64,000 nt of DNA from NCBI GenBank assembly GCA_963818455.1, contig CAWFSE010000010.1, forward strand, positions 106-64,105. Direction: 5' to 3'. Source of the stretch: an uncultured Actinomycetota bacterium. Lineage in GTDB: Bacteria > Actinomycetota > Actinomycetes > CAVWCF01. How positions within the stretch are numbered: the stretch's first letter is position 1; each line of letters begins with the position of its first letter. Both the position numbers and the translations under genes were made by a program. The notes under the pieces are model-generated. The model was not told the origin of the DNA and ran no database searches. It saw only the letters and a program-made list of their open reading frames with translations. Below, piece by piece: positions 45,567 to 55,569 of this stretch.

Positions 45567-47144
45567 ATGGGCGGACGGCACAAGGTGGGCGGATCCGCGG
45601 GCGAGGCGAGCCCGCCAGCGGGCGGCCCCTCGGCCTCCCCCTCGGCAGACCAGCCCGGGGCCGGGGCCGCGCTCTTGGACGCCACGGTGGTGCGATTCGG
45701 GCCGATCCTGCTGTCGCCGGGCACCAAGCGGGTCAACCTCGGCACCTTCTACTGGCTTGCCCTGTCGTCGATCATGATCTTCACGTTCGTGGCGGCCGGC
45801 CAGGTCACCGTGCTGTCGGCCGTCCTCGGCATCGACGAGGACCAGCAGGGGCGCGTCACCGGCCTGCTCGGCCTCGTCGCCGAGATCACCCTGATCGTCA
45901 CCGTCGCCGTCACCGGGGCCTGGTCGGACCGCATCGGCCGCCGGCCGGTCTCGGTGCTCGGCTTCACGCTCATGGGCATCGCGCTGCTGATCACCCCCTT
46001 CATCGGCAACGTGATCTCCCTGGTCGCCGCCCGCATCATCGCGGGCGTCGGCATCGCGATGATCACCGTGATGCTCACCGCGGTGGTCTCCGACTACGTG
46101 CGCAACGAGACCCGCGGCAAGGCCAACGGCCTGCTCGGGCTCTGCAACGGCATCGGCGCGGTGCTCACGTTCTTCGTGCTGCTCCAGCTGCCGAAGCTCT
46201 TCGAGCAGTCGCTGGGGTACTCCGAGCTCGGCGCCATCCGGCTGACGTACGTGATCGTGGCGGTCGTCGCGCTGGCGACGGCGGTGCTCATGCGCCTGGG
46301 CCTGCGGGGGGGCAAGGCCGTCGTCGGGGCCGCCGAGCCGCCCTTGAAGCAGCTGCTCAAGGAGGGCCTGGCGGCGGGCAAGCAGCCCGGTCTGAAGCTG
46401 TCCTACGCGGCGGCTTTCGTGGCCCGCGCCGACCTGGCGCTCGTGGGGGCCTTCCTCATCCTGTGGGCCAAGCAGTACGGCACCACCGAGCTGGGGCTCA
46501 GCGAGACCGAGGCGCTGGCCAAGGGCGCCGCGCTGGTCGGCATCGCCAACGGCGTCGCCCTGATCGGCGCCCCGGTGATCGGGATCATCTCCGACAAGCT
46601 CAGCCGGGTCGACGCGGTGCTCATCGCGCTCGGCACAGCCGGCGTGGGCTACACGGCCACCGTGTTCGTGGACAACCCGTTCTCCCCCATCGGCTACACC
46701 GTCGCCGCGATCATCGGCCTCGGCCAGGTGTCGGCGGTCATCGCCAGCCAGGTGCTGGTCGCCGAGCAGTCGCCGGCGCGGATCCGGGGCTCGGTGATCG
46801 GCGTCTTCGCGCTCTTCGGCGGGATCGGCATCATGATCGCCCTCGGCGCGGGCGGCTGGCTGTTCGACGTGTGGCGCCCGGCCGGCCCGTTCGTGCTCTT
46901 CGGGGTCTTCGCGCTGCTGGTGTTCGCCTACGGACTCGCGGTGCGCTCCAAGATCCCGCGCAACCCGCACGACGAGTTCAGCCACCTCGACGACGTCAGC
47001 GGCATCCCCGCCGCGTCCGACCCCGGCCCAGTCCGTCCCGCTGACCGCCGCCGACTGAGCTCGCCGTACGGGGTCAGCGCCCCCAGTCGGCGCCGGGACC
47101 GGTCTGGTCCAGGCCGCCGTCGCAGAGCAGCGTCGCCCCGGTGA
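45567..47144 (+). CDS. MFS transporter (true stop may be 47044 if there is a terminal indel)
   Basis: GGAGGAG RBS. GAWSDRIGRR motif A, GIISDKLSR, about 12 TM segments. Confidence 0.9.
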   Translation: MGGRHKVGGSAGEASPPAGGPSASPSADQPGAGAALLDATVVRFGPILLSPGTKRVNLGTFYWLALSSIMIFTFVAAGQVTVLSAVLGIDEDQQGRVTGLLGLVAEITLIVTVAVTGAWSDRIGRRPVSVLGFTLMGIALLITPFIGNVISLVAARIIAGVGIAMITVMLTAVVSDYVRNETRGKANGLLGLCNGIGAVLTFFVLLQLPKLFEQSLGYSELGAIRLTYVIVAVVALATAVLMRLGLRGGKAVVGAAEPPLKQLLKEGLAAGKQPGLKLSYAAAFVARADLALVGAFLILWAKQYGTTELGLSETEALAKGAALVGIANGVALIGAPVIGIISDKLSRVDAVLIALGTAGVGYTATVFVDNPFSPIGYTVAAIIGLGQVSAVIASQVLVAEQSPARIRGSVIGVFALFGGIGIMIALGAGGWLFDVWRPAGPFVLFGVFALLVFAYGLAVRSKIPRNPHDEFSHLDDVSGIPAASDPGPVRPADRRRLSSPYGVSAPSRRRDRSGPGRRRRAASPR

Positions 47145-47913
47145 CGTAGTCGCTGGCCGGGGCCGACAGGAACACGATCGAGTCGGCCACCTGCTCGGGG
47201 GTGCCGAGGGCTCCGGCGGGGATCACCCGCGCGACGTCGGCCGGCTGCAGGCCGTACCGCTCCCACGCGTCGGTGTGGATGATGCCCGGCGCCAGCGCGT
47301 TGATCCGGATGCCGTGGCGGCCCCACTCGACCGCCAGCGTGCGGGTCAGCGACTCCACCGCGGCGCGGGCCGCCGAGGAGTGCGACATGCCCGGCATGGC
47401 GCGGCGCGGGCTCATCACGACGCTGACGACCTTGCCGTAGCCGTGCGGGATCATCGAGCGCACCGCGACCTGCACGGTGACGTACCAGGTGGCGTCGAGG
47501 TTGAGCCGGGTCACGGCGCGAAAGCCGTTGTACGAGATGGCCTCGGCGGGCGACACGAACTGCCCGCCGGCGTTGTTGACGAGGATGTCGACGCGGTCCC
47601 ACGCGCCGAGCACCTCGTCGAGCGCGCGGTCGACCTGCTCGGGCTCGCGCACATCGGCCGACACCGCCATGGCCTGCGGCTGCTCGGGGTCGGCCCCCAG
47701 GTGGGCGTGGATGGCGTCGACCACCTCGGCGAGCGGCTCAGGCCGCCGCCCGACGACGGCGACGCGGGCCCCGAGCGCCGCCAGCTGGCAGGCGGCGGCG
47801 CGGCCGATGCCGCTGCCTCCCCCCGTGACGAGGGCGACCTTGCCCTCGAGGAGCCCGGGCGCGAACGCCGAGGCGAACGGGCCGGCGGCCAGGGGGTCGG
47901 GGGTGATCGGCAT
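47074..47913 (-). CDS. SDR family oxidoreductase (2,4-dienoyl-CoA reductase/PECR-like)
   Basis: VTGGGSGIG, LVNNAGGQF, HSSAARAAV, INALAPG. Confidence 0.9.
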   Translation of the reverse strand: MPITPDPLAAGPFASAFAPGLLEGKVALVTGGGSGIGRAAACQLAALGARVAVVGRRPEPLAEVVDAIHAHLGADPEQPQAMAVSADVREPEQVDRALDEVLGAWDRVDILVNNAGGQFVSPAEAISYNGFRAVTRLNLDATWYVTVQVAVRSMIPHGYGKVVSVVMSPRRAMPGMSHSSAARAAVESLTRTLAVEWGRHGIRINALAPGIIHTDAWERYGLQPADVARVIPAGALGTPEQVADSIVFLSAPASDYVTGATLLCDGGLDQTGPGADWGR

Positions 47914-47945
47914 GGACCGAGGCTAGCGAGGTGCCCCGCCGGGGG

Positions 47946-48677
47946 TCAGAGCACCCGGCCGAAGGCGTACGAGCCGTACAGCGGGTACTTGCCGGTCTTC
48001 TTGCCGGGGTTCGGGGCGTGCCAGATCATCCCGCCGCCGGCGTAGATCGCCACGTGGTGGCCGCCCCAGAAGACGAGGTCGCCGGGGCGGGCCTCGCCGC
48101 GCGGGATCTTGGTCGCGACCGAGCGCTGCGCCGCCGCGGTGCGCGGCAGCGAGACGCCGAGCTGGCGGAAGACCCAGCCGGTGTACCCCGAGCAGTCCCA
48201 GCCGCGCGGGGTCGTGCCGCCGTACACGTAGCGGACGCCGTTGCCCTGGGCGGCGACGTCCATCACCCGGGCGGCAGGCGAGGCGGCGGCCGCAGCAGCG
48301 GCAGCGGCGTCGGCTGCCGCCTGGGCCGCCGCGGCGTCCGCGGCCGCCTGGGCCGCGGCCTGGACGGCGGCGGCCGCGGCGGCGGCTTCTGCGGCCGCGC
48401 GCTCAAGGGCGGCCTCGGCGATCAGCGGCTGCGCGCCGGCCTCGCGCTCGCGCTCGGCCGGCGAGGCGGCGGGCAGGTCGAGGACGGCGACCGGGCCGGC
48501 CTGGGCCGGACGGTCGTTCACGGCCGCCGAGGCGACGCCGGTCAGCAGGCCGAGCGTGACGGAGGCGGCGGCGCCGGTGGCGACGACCCGGCGGAGCGGG
48601 CCGTGCGAGCCGGGCCGCGCGGCGCGCGCGACGTGATTCGGGCGCGCGGCATGGCGAGCAGCGGTACGGGGGGACAT
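47946..48677 (-). CDS. NlpC/P60 (C40) peptidoglycan endopeptidase
   Basis: YVYGGTTPRGWDCSGY, PGDLVFW, HHVAIYAG, WHAP. Ala-rich coiled linker. Confidence 0.93.
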   Translation of the reverse strand: MSPRTAARHAARPNHVARAARPGSHGPLRRVVATGAAASVTLGLLTGVASAAVNDRPAQAGPVAVLDLPAASPAEREREAGAQPLIAEAALERAAAEAAAAAAAVQAAAQAAADAAAAQAAADAAAAAAAAASPAARVMDVAAQGNGVRYVYGGTTPRGWDCSGYTGWVFRQLGVSLPRTAAAQRSVATKIPRGEARPGDLVFWGGHHVAIYAGGGMIWHAPNPGKKTGKYPLYGSYAFGRVL

Positions 48678-48694
48678 CGGGGTGCTTTCGACAC

Positions 48695-48880
48695 CGTCGC
48701 CTACGGGGTGAGCTGTCGGGTTCGGGCTGGTGTCGGCCCGGCCGGATCGGATCCCGGCTTCACCCCAAGCCGCCCTGCGCCCGTGGGCGCCGGCGGCGGT
48801 TCTTGGGTCCCCCGCTCCTGCCAAGCGGTGGTGCGGTGAGTCAACGAGGGTGCCCGGCGAATGGCAGGACTCGGCGGCGC
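48695..48880 (-). promoter_or_regulatory. c-di-AMP (ydaO/yuaA) riboswitch
   Basis: GCCGAGTCCTGCC...GGCAGGAGCGGGGACCCAAG...TTGGGGTGAAG...CCCGAACCCGACAGCTCACCCCGTAGGCG, the actinobacterial pattern, upstream of a cell-wall hydrolase. Confidence 0.92.
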
Positions 48881-48905
48881 CAGGCCTCAACGACGGTACG
48901 TACCA

Positions 48906-48951
48906 GACGCCACAGGGCCAAATCCCGTGGGGGATTTGGCCCTGTGGCGTC
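48906..48951. terminator. Long perfect hairpin (terminator or REP-like)
   Basis: GACGCCACAGGGCCAAATCCC-GTGG-GGGATTTGGCCCTGTGGCGTC, a 21-bp stem, downstream of the 48980-49465 gene. Confidence 0.65.
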
Positions 48952-48979
48952 GGTCACGCCCCAGTGGGGCGAGGGTGGA

Positions 48980-49465
48980 TCAGACCCGGCCGAACGAGAT
49001 GTTCGACGAGAAGATCGGGCCGAGGCCGACCGGGCGCCGCTTCGTGGACGCGTGGTAGACCATGCCGTTGCCGGCGTAGATCGCGACGTGGTAGACGCGG
49101 CCCTTCTTGCCCTTGTGGAAGAAGACCAGGTCGCCGGGGACGGCCTCGGCGGCCGAGATCCGGGCGGTGGCGGCGCGCTGGCTGCGCGAGTCGCGAGGAA
49201 GCGAGACGCCGACCTGCGCGTACACGTAGCGGGTGAAGCCGCTGCAGTCGAAGCCGGCCGGCGTGGTGCCGCCGCGTCGGTACTTGCCACCGGAGGCGGC
49301 CTGCGCCGCCGCGATGACGGCGCCCTTGTCGACGGACTTGATCGACACGGCCGAGATGGTCGTCGCCGCGGAGGCCGACGAGGGGACGAGGACGGGGAGC
49401 ACGAGCATGGCTCCCGCGGCGCCTGCCACAGCAAGGCTGCGCAGGCGCGTGCTGACAACGCGCAT
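48980..49465 (-). CDS. NlpC/P60 (C40) peptidoglycan endopeptidase, secreted
   Basis: Signal peptide. YRRGGTTPAGFDCSGF, PGDLVFF, YHVAIYAG, YHAS. Confidence 0.93.
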   Translation of the reverse strand: MRVVSTRLRSLAVAGAAGAMLVLPVLVPSSASAATTISAVSIKSVDKGAVIAAAQAASGGKYRRGGTTPAGFDCSGFTRYVYAQVGVSLPRDSRSQRAATARISAAEAVPGDLVFFHKGKKGRVYHVAIYAGNGMVYHASTKRRPVGLGPIFSSNISFGRV

Positions 49466-49479
49466 GAGGGGACCCGATA

Positions 49480-49690
49480 CCGACGCCTACGAGGTGAGCT
49501 GTCGGGTTCGGGCCGGTGTCTGGCCCGGCCGCCTGACCGGCGCCTGAGTGGCGCGGTGCTGCGGCTTCACCCCAAGGACCTGGCCCCCGGCGAACCGGGA
49601 GGGATCCGTACTGCTTGGTTCCCCCGCTCCTGCCAGGCGGCTGCTTCCGTCACAAGTGACCCGGACGGGACAGGACTCGGCGACCGCCCG
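49480..49690 (-). promoter_or_regulatory. c-di-AMP (ydaO/yuaA) riboswitch
   Basis: GCCGAGTCCTG...GGCAGGAGCGGGGGAACCAAG...TTGGGGTGAAG...CCCGAACCCGACAGCTCACCTCGTAGGCG. Confidence 0.92.
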
Positions 49691-49811
49691 GGCACCCCCG
49701 CCCGGGAAGGCAGGAGCACAGCCAATGTACGGGGGGCTCCCAGGATTCGTGAAGTTGATCACCGTCGGCGTGTCACTCGAACGGCCCAACCGCCGCCGGA
49801 TCTCCCGCCGA

Positions 49812-50081
49812 TCAGGCGAGCGACAGGAAGAGCTTCTCGAGCTGCTCCGGGCTCATCCCGGGCTGGCCGCCCTCGTTCTCGGTGGTCAGGCACTGGCGCA
49901 GGCCGCTGCTCACCAGCTTGAAGCCGGCCCGGTCGAGGGCCTTCGACGCCGCCGCCAGCTGGGTGACGACATCGGAGCAGTCCCGGCCGTCCTCAAGCAT
50001 CGCGACGATGCCGGCGACCTGGCCCTGCACGCGGCGCAGGCGGGTGACGACGTCCTTGGTGACCTCGGGCTCGAGCTGCAT
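49812..50081 (-). CDS. CsoR/RcnR/FrmR family metal- or thiol-sensing repressor
   Basis: RLRRVQGQVAGIVAMLEDGRDCSDVVTQLAAASKALDRAG...GLRQC. Confidence 0.92.
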   Translation of the reverse strand: MQLEPEVTKDVVTRLRRVQGQVAGIVAMLEDGRDCSDVVTQLAAASKALDRAGFKLVSSGLRQCLTTENEGGQPGMSPEQLEKLFLSLA

Positions 50082-50094
50082 ACCCCCAAGGGTA
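50081..50094. promoter_or_regulatory. CsoR-family operator
   Basis: TACCC-CCAA-GGGTA (C/G tract flanked by TAC/GTA) abuts the start codon of the CsoR-family gene. Confidence 0.7.
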
Positions 50095-50098
50095 CCCC

Positions 50099-50803
50099 TC
50101 AGAGACCGGCCGTGCGCCCCCGCGCCTCCACGAAGACGTGCGCGGCGCGGTCGAGGGCGAGCTCGGCGTACTCCATGCCGGAGCCGACCAGCACGCCCCC
50201 GGCCGACAGCGTCGCCTTGACCACCTCTCCGGGTCGCACGCCGGCGCGGCGCAGGGCCCCCATCACCTCGGGGTCGACCTGCAGCGGCTCGCCGATCCGG
50301 CGTACGACCAGGCGCTGCGGCTCGTCGGTGGCGACCACGTCCAACGAGACCAGCGGGCCCGTCGATGCCCGGTCATCAGGGGCGATCCCGAGCTCGGCGA
50401 GGCCGGGGATCGGGTTGCCGTACGGCGAGACCGTGGGCTGGCCGAGCAGCTCGAGCAGCCGGCGCTCGACGGCCTCGCTCATCACGTGCTCCCAGCGGCA
50501 GGCCTCGGCGTGCACGTCCTCCCACTCCAGGCCGATCACGTCGATGAGCAGGCACTCGGCGAGCCGGTGCTTGCGCATCACCCGGGTGGCCATGTCGCGG
50601 CCCTGCTCGGTCAGCTCGAGGTGGCGGTCGCCCTCGACGGTGAGCAGGCCGTCGCGCTCCATCCGCGCCACGGTCTGGCTCACGGTGGGCCCGCTCTGCC
50701 CGAGCCGCTCGGCGATGCGCGCGCGCAGGGGCGTGACGCCCTCCTCCTCGAGCTCGAAGATGGTGCGGAGGTACATCTCCGTGGTGTCGATGAGGTCGCT
50801 CAC
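50099..50803 (-). CDS. ideR: Iron-dependent repressor IdeR/DtxR
   Basis: [70 protein letters not shown]. Confidence 0.95.
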   Translation of the reverse strand: MSDLIDTTEMYLRTIFELEEEGVTPLRARIAERLGQSGPTVSQTVARMERDGLLTVEGDRHLELTEQGRDMATRVMRKHRLAECLLIDVIGLEWEDVHAEACRWEHVMSEAVERRLLELLGQPTVSPYGNPIPGLAELGIAPDDRASTGPLVSLDVVATDEPQRLVVRRIGEPLQVDPEVMGALRRAGVRPGEVVKATLSAGGVLVGSGMEYAELALDRAAHVFVEARGRTAGL

Positions 50804-50891
50804 CCGCGCATTGTCCCCCGCCCGGGCCGATCCGCGCGCGGCGCGGGCCCACCGGTTGCGCGGCGGCGCGTGAGGCGGGACGGTCGACGGC

Positions 50892-52256
50892 ATGCCGAGC
50901 GTCCTGTGGTTCCGCCGCGACCTGCGCCTCGCCGACCACCCCGCGCTCCTGGCCGCGGCGGCGGAGGGCCACGTCCGCGCGCTCTTCGTCTTCGACCAGG
51001 CGCTGTGGGGCCCCGCGGGCGATGCGCGCCGGGCGTACCTGCTGCGGTCGCTGCGCGCCCTCGACGCCGACCTGCGCGTACGGGGCGGGCGGCTCGCGCT
51101 CGCGCACGGCGACCCGGCGGTGGAGGTGCCGCGGGTGGCCGCCGAGGCGGGTGCGCGCGCGGTCCACATCTCGGCCGACTTCGGGCCGTACGGCCAGGCC
51201 CGCGACGCCGCGGTGGAGGCCGCGCTCGCCGCGGACGGGCGGGCCCTGGTGCGCAACGGCTCCCCGTACGCGGTGGCCCCGGGCCGGGTGCTCAAGGGCG
51301 ACGGCACGCCGTACCGCGTCTACACGCCGTACCAGCGCGCCTGGGCCGCGCACGGCTGGCGCGCGCCGGCCCGCAGCGAGGACGCCGACGTCACCTGGCT
51401 GCCCGCGCCCGGCGGGCAGCGCTGGCCGGACGAGCCGGAGCTCGGCGCGCTCACCTTGCCGCCCGCCGGCGAGCAGGCCGCCCTCGCCCGCTGGGACGAG
51501 TTCCGCAGCGCGGGCGGGCTGGCCGCGTACGCCGAGCGGCGCGACCGCCCCGACCTGGCGGGCACCTCCGCTCTGTCGGCAGCGCTGCGCTGGGGCGAGG
51601 TGCACCCGCGCACCCTGCTGGCCGAGCTGGACGGATCGCGCGGGGCCGAGGTCTTCGGCAAGGAGCTCGCGTGGCGCGAGTTCTACGCCGACGTGCTCTT
51701 CCACCAGCCGGCGTCCGCGCGAGCCTCGTTGAAGCCAGAGATGGCCCTCATGCGCACCGACTCCGGGCCCGAGGCCGACGAGCGGTTCGAGGCGTGGTGC
51801 GCGGGCCGCACCGGCTACCCGTTCGTCGACGCGGGGATGCGCCAACTGCTGGCCGAGGGGTGGATGCACAACCGGGTGCGGATGGTGGTGGCGTCGTTCC
51901 TCGTCAAGGACCTTCATCTCGACTGGACCCGCGGCGCCCGCTGGTTCATGGCCCGGCTGCGCGACGGCGACCTGGCGAGCAACCAGCAGGGCTGGCAGTG
52001 GGCCGCCGGCACGGGCACCGACGCCGCGCCGTACTTCCGGGTCTTCAACCCCGTCACCCAGGGCCTGCGCTTCGACCCCGACGGCGCGTACGTCCGGCGG
52101 TACGTGCCGGAGCTGGCCGGCCTCGCCGGAGCCCTCGCGCACGAGCCGTGGGTCGCGCCGGGGGGTGCGCCGGATGCGTACCCGCCGCGGATCGTCGACC
52201 ACGCGGCCGAACGCGATGAGGCGCTCGCGCGCTACCAGGCGGTCAAGGGGGGCTGA
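50892..52256 (+). CDS. phrB: Deoxyribodipyrimidine photolyase (class I CPD)
   Basis: [66 protein letters not shown]. Confidence 0.95.
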   Translation: MPSVLWFRRDLRLADHPALLAAAAEGHVRALFVFDQALWGPAGDARRAYLLRSLRALDADLRVRGGRLALAHGDPAVEVPRVAAEAGARAVHISADFGPYGQARDAAVEAALAADGRALVRNGSPYAVAPGRVLKGDGTPYRVYTPYQRAWAAHGWRAPARSEDADVTWLPAPGGQRWPDEPELGALTLPPAGEQAALARWDEFRSAGGLAAYAERRDRPDLAGTSALSAALRWGEVHPRTLLAELDGSRGAEVFGKELAWREFYADVLFHQPASARASLKPEMALMRTDSGPEADERFEAWCAGRTGYPFVDAGMRQLLAEGWMHNRVRMVVASFLVKDLHLDWTRGARWFMARLRDGDLASNQQGWQWAAGTGTDAAPYFRVFNPVTQGLRFDPDGAYVRRYVPELAGLAGALAHEPWVAPGGAPDAYPPRIVDHAAERDEALARYQAVKGG

Positions 52257-52274
52257 GCCGGTTACGGTGCGGGC

Positions 52275-53072
52275 ATGCTCGTGGTCAGCGTGGTCAGCCT
52301 CAAGGGCGGCGTCGGCAAGACGTCGGTCACCCTCGGGCTGGCCGGCGCGGCCTGGGACCGCGGGCTGCGCACCCTGGTGATCGACCTCGACCCGCAGGCC
52401 AACGCGACCACGGTGCTCGATCCGGGATCGATCGCCCGCACCATGGTCGACGTGCTCGGCGAACCGCGGCCCGGCGGCCTGCGCACCGCGATCGCGCGCA
52501 GCGGATGGGGGCCGGAGGTCGACATCGCCCCGGCCGAGCGCGCCCTCGACCGGCTCAACGCCCCGGTCGAGGGGGGCGCCGTGCGGCTGCGCGTGGCGAT
52601 GACCGGGCTCGACGGGTACGACCTGGTGCTCATCGACAGCCCGCCCTCGCTGGGCGAGCTCACCCGCAACGCGCTGGCCGCCTCGCACCGCGCCCTCGTC
52701 ATCGCCGAGCCGTCGCTGTTCGCGCTGCAGGGGGCGCAGCAGGCGCTGGAGGCCGTCGAGGCGATCCGCGCCCACAACCTGCGGCTGCAGCCGGCCGGGA
52801 TCATCGTCAACCGGCTGCGCGCCCAGAGCACCGAGCACCGGTTCCGGATGGACGAGCTGCACGCGGCGTACGGAGACCTGCTCTTCGACCCGCCGGTCCC
52901 CGACCGCACGGCCATCCAGCAGTCCGAGGGCGCGTGCGTGCCCGTCCAGGCGTGGCGGTCGCAGGGGGCCCGCGAGGTGGCCGACGCCTTCGACGACCAC
53001 CTCGACCGGCTGCTGGCGCTGGCCCGCTCCGCCGCCGACGCCGGCCCGCTGGCCCGAAGGAGCAGCCCGTGA
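52275..53072 (+). CDS. ParA/Soj family ATPase
   Basis: KGGVGKT deviant Walker A, IDLDPQANAT, IDSPPSLG. Confidence 0.92.
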   Translation: MLVVSVVSLKGGVGKTSVTLGLAGAAWDRGLRTLVIDLDPQANATTVLDPGSIARTMVDVLGEPRPGGLRTAIARSGWGPEVDIAPAERALDRLNAPVEGGAVRLRVAMTGLDGYDLVLIDSPPSLGELTRNALAASHRALVIAEPSLFALQGAQQALEAVEAIRAHNLRLQPAGIIVNRLRAQSTEHRFRMDELHAAYGDLLFDPPVPDRTAIQQSEGACVPVQAWRSQGAREVADAFDDHLDRLLALARSAADAGPLARRSSP

Positions 53073-53561
53073 GCGCCGACCCGAAGCAGCCGGCCGAGCG
53101 AAGGCGCTGCCGCCGCGCCGCGCCGCGTCAAGCCGGGCCACCCCGCGCCCAGACCGGCGCTGGACCGCGACTCGAGCGGCTCGGTGCGGGCGGCCCAGCC
53201 GACACGGGGCGCTCCGCTCTCGGTCGCCGAGGACGTACCGGCGGCGCCGACCCCGCTGCCCCCTCCTCCCGCCGAGGGCAAGGCCGGCAAGAAGGCGAAG
53301 CCCGACAAGGACGGCAAGGAGGGCAAGGGCGGCAAGCACCCCAAGCACCCCAAGGACGGCGGCGGGAAGCAGCACGGCGGGGGCAAGCACGACCGCGACG
53401 CCCACGAGGGCGGGCGGCCTCCCGAGCGCAGCGGGGTGCTCGTGCTTCCCTGGCCCAAGGCCAACCGCAAGCGGCTGGAGCGCCGGGCCGCCGAGCACGG
53501 CATGAGCCCCGAGCAGCTGGCCTACCAGGTCCTCGACGTCTGGCTCGACGACGGCCGCTAG
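53069..53561 (+). CDS. Hypothetical protein with low-complexity N-terminus and ribbon-helix-helix-like C-terminus (frameshifted)
   Basis: GTG overlaps the parA stop. C-terminus VLVLPWPKANRKRLERRAAEHGMSPEQLAYQVLDVWL. Confidence 0.55.
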
Positions 53562-54889
53562 GGCACCGGGTGGCGGGCGTCGTACCGGGCGAAGGCCGGG
53601 AAGATCGCGGCCAGCACGAAGACGCCGAGCACGCAGAGCAGCCCGCCGCTGACGATCGAGATCGTCTCGTTGGTGAGGGCGGCGACCGAGCCGGACTCGA
53701 CGTCGCCGAGGCGCGGCCCGCCGGCCACCACGACGATGAAGACGCCCTGCAGCCTGCCGCGCAGCGCGTCCGGCGTGGCCACCTGCAGGATCGTCGAGCG
53801 GAACACCGCGCTCACCATGTCGGCGCCTCCGGCGATGGCCAGGAAGATCACCCCGACCCACAGCACACGGGTGAACCCGAACGCGGCGATCGCCAGCCCC
53901 CACACGACGACCGCGACCATCACGGCCAGCCCCTGGCGGCGCACCCGCACCAGCCCGCCGGAGAACGTCGCGGTGATCAGAGCGCCGACGGCGGGGGCGG
54001 CGGCGAGCACCCCGACCGTCGCGGCGCCGCCGCCGTAGAAGAGCACGGCCACCGCCGGGAACAGGGCGCGCGGCATCCCGAAGATCATCGCGTTGAGGTC
54101 GACCAGGAAGGTCATCAGGATGTTCTTCTTGTCCCGCAGGTAGCGCAGCCCCTCCAGGATCGAGGCGAGCCCGGCCTTGGCCGGCGCCTCCCCGTCCGCC
54201 GTCTCCGGCGGCACCGAGGGCAGCCGCCAGACCGCCCAGAGGGCGGCGACGAACGTCACGCAGTCGACGCCGTACGCGATCACCACCGAGCCGGTGATGG
54301 CGATCAGCGCCCCGCCGAGCAGCGGCCCGACGGTGAAGCCGAGGTTCCAGGTGACCTGCTGCAGGGCGTTGGCGGCCGGCAGCAGGTCGCGGCCGATGAG
54401 CCGCGGGATGATCGCCGCGCGCGCTGGGTTGTTGACCGCGAAGCCGGCCGACGCCACCGCGACGAGCAGGTAGATCAGCCAGACCGACTCGATCCCGGCG
54501 GCCGCCTGCGCCAGCAGCCCGAACGAGGCCACCGCCATCACGAGCGACGCGATCAGGGCCACCGTGCGGCGGTCGAACGCGTCGACGATCGCGCCCCCGT
54601 ACAGCCCGAAGGCGACCAGCGGGACGAACGCGAAGAGCCCGACCAGCCCCACCGCGAACGACGAGTCGGTGATCGCGAAGACCTGGATCGCCACGGCCAC
54701 CGCGGTCATCTGCTGGCCGAGGTTGGAGACGGTCAGGCCGAACCACAGCCGCCGGTAGTCCGGCGAGATGCGCAGCGGCGTGGTGTCGGCGACCACGGCG
54801 CGGGCCAGCCGGCGCAGCCGCGAGGCGTGGCCGCCTGAGGGGGCGGGCGGCCCGTCCTCGGGCAGCCCCTCGGCCGCCCCCTCGGTCAC
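53558..54889 (-). CDS. MFS transporter (EntS/MFS_3-like)
   Basis: DTTPLR...YRRLW, GAIVDAFDRR, MIFGMPRALFP, RGRLQGVFIVVVAGGPRLGD. Confidence 0.92.
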   Translation of the reverse strand: MTEGAAEGLPEDGPPAPSGGHASRLRRLARAVVADTTPLRISPDYRRLWFGLTVSNLGQQMTAVAVAIQVFAITDSSFAVGLVGLFAFVPLVAFGLYGGAIVDAFDRRTVALIASLVMAVASFGLLAQAAAGIESVWLIYLLVAVASAGFAVNNPARAAIIPRLIGRDLLPAANALQQVTWNLGFTVGPLLGGALIAITGSVVIAYGVDCVTFVAALWAVWRLPSVPPETADGEAPAKAGLASILEGLRYLRDKKNILMTFLVDLNAMIFGMPRALFPAVAVLFYGGGAATVGVLAAAPAVGALITATFSGGLVRVRRQGLAVMVAVVVWGLAIAAFGFTRVLWVGVIFLAIAGGADMVSAVFRSTILQVATPDALRGRLQGVFIVVVAGGPRLGDVESGSVAALTNETISIVSGGLLCVLGVFVLAAIFPAFARYDARHPVP

Positions 54890-55569
54890 GGAGCGAGCCG
54901 CTCGACCGTCCAGCCGCCTGCGGAGCGGCTGTCGCGGTGGTAGCGCAGCCGGTCGTGCATCCGCGACGGCCGGCCCTGCCAGAACTCCACCGACTGCGGC
55001 CGCACGCGGAAGCCGCCCCAGGTGTCGGGCAGCGGCACGTCGTCCGGCAGGCCGCGGTTGGGGTAGCGCTCCTCGTACTCGGCGTAGCGCGCCTCGAGCG
55101 GGGCGCGCGACGGGACCACGTGCGACTGCGGGCTCGCCCAGGCGCTGATGCGCGAGCCGTACGGGCGGGTGCCGAAGTACTCCGCCGACTCGGCGCGGCT
55201 CAGCTCGACGGCCTCGCCGACCACGACGACCTGCCGGAGCATGGCGAACCAGGGGAAGACGAGCGAGGCGTGGTGGTTGGCCGCGAGCGAGCGCGCCTTG
55301 CGCGAGCCCCGGTTGGTGAAGAACGTGAAGCCGCCGCCCTCGACGCCCTTGAGGAGCACGGTGCGGGCGCTGACGATGCCGTCCGAGTCCGCTGTGGCGA
55401 GCACCATGGCGTTCGGCTCGGGCAGCCCGGCGGCCAGCGCCTCGTCGAGCCAGACCGCGAACTGCTGCCAGGGGTCGGGCGCGAGGTCCTCCTCGAGCAG
55501 CTGCGCCCCCGCGTACGCCTCGCGCATCAGGTGCAGGCGGGCGACGGCGTCATCTGGGAGCTCGGTCAC
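54886..55569 (-). CDS. pdxH: Pyridoxamine 5'-phosphate oxidase
   Basis: EPNAMVLAT, RTVLLKG, FFTNRGSRKA, SAWASPQS, EFWQGRPSRMHDRLRY, ERLAP. Confidence 0.96.
   Translation of the reverse strand: MTELPDDAVARLHLMREAYAGAQLLEEDLAPDPWQQFAVWLDEALAAGLPEPNAMVLATADSDGIVSARTVLLKGVEGGGFTFFTNRGSRKARSLAANHHASLVFPWFAMLRQVVVVGEAVELSRAESAEYFGTRPYGSRISAWASPQSHVVPSRAPLEARYAEYEERYPNRGLPDDVPLPDTWGGFRVRPQSVEFWQGRPSRMHDRLRYHRDSRSAGGWTVERLAP

Noticed and set aside
50376-54746. Very long ORFs such as the 1456-aa minus ORF, 61277-63895 (+) and the upstream part of 35556-38981
   Set aside because: These are Arg/Pro/Gly-rich shadow frames of high-GC genes, overlapping well-supported CDSs in other frames.
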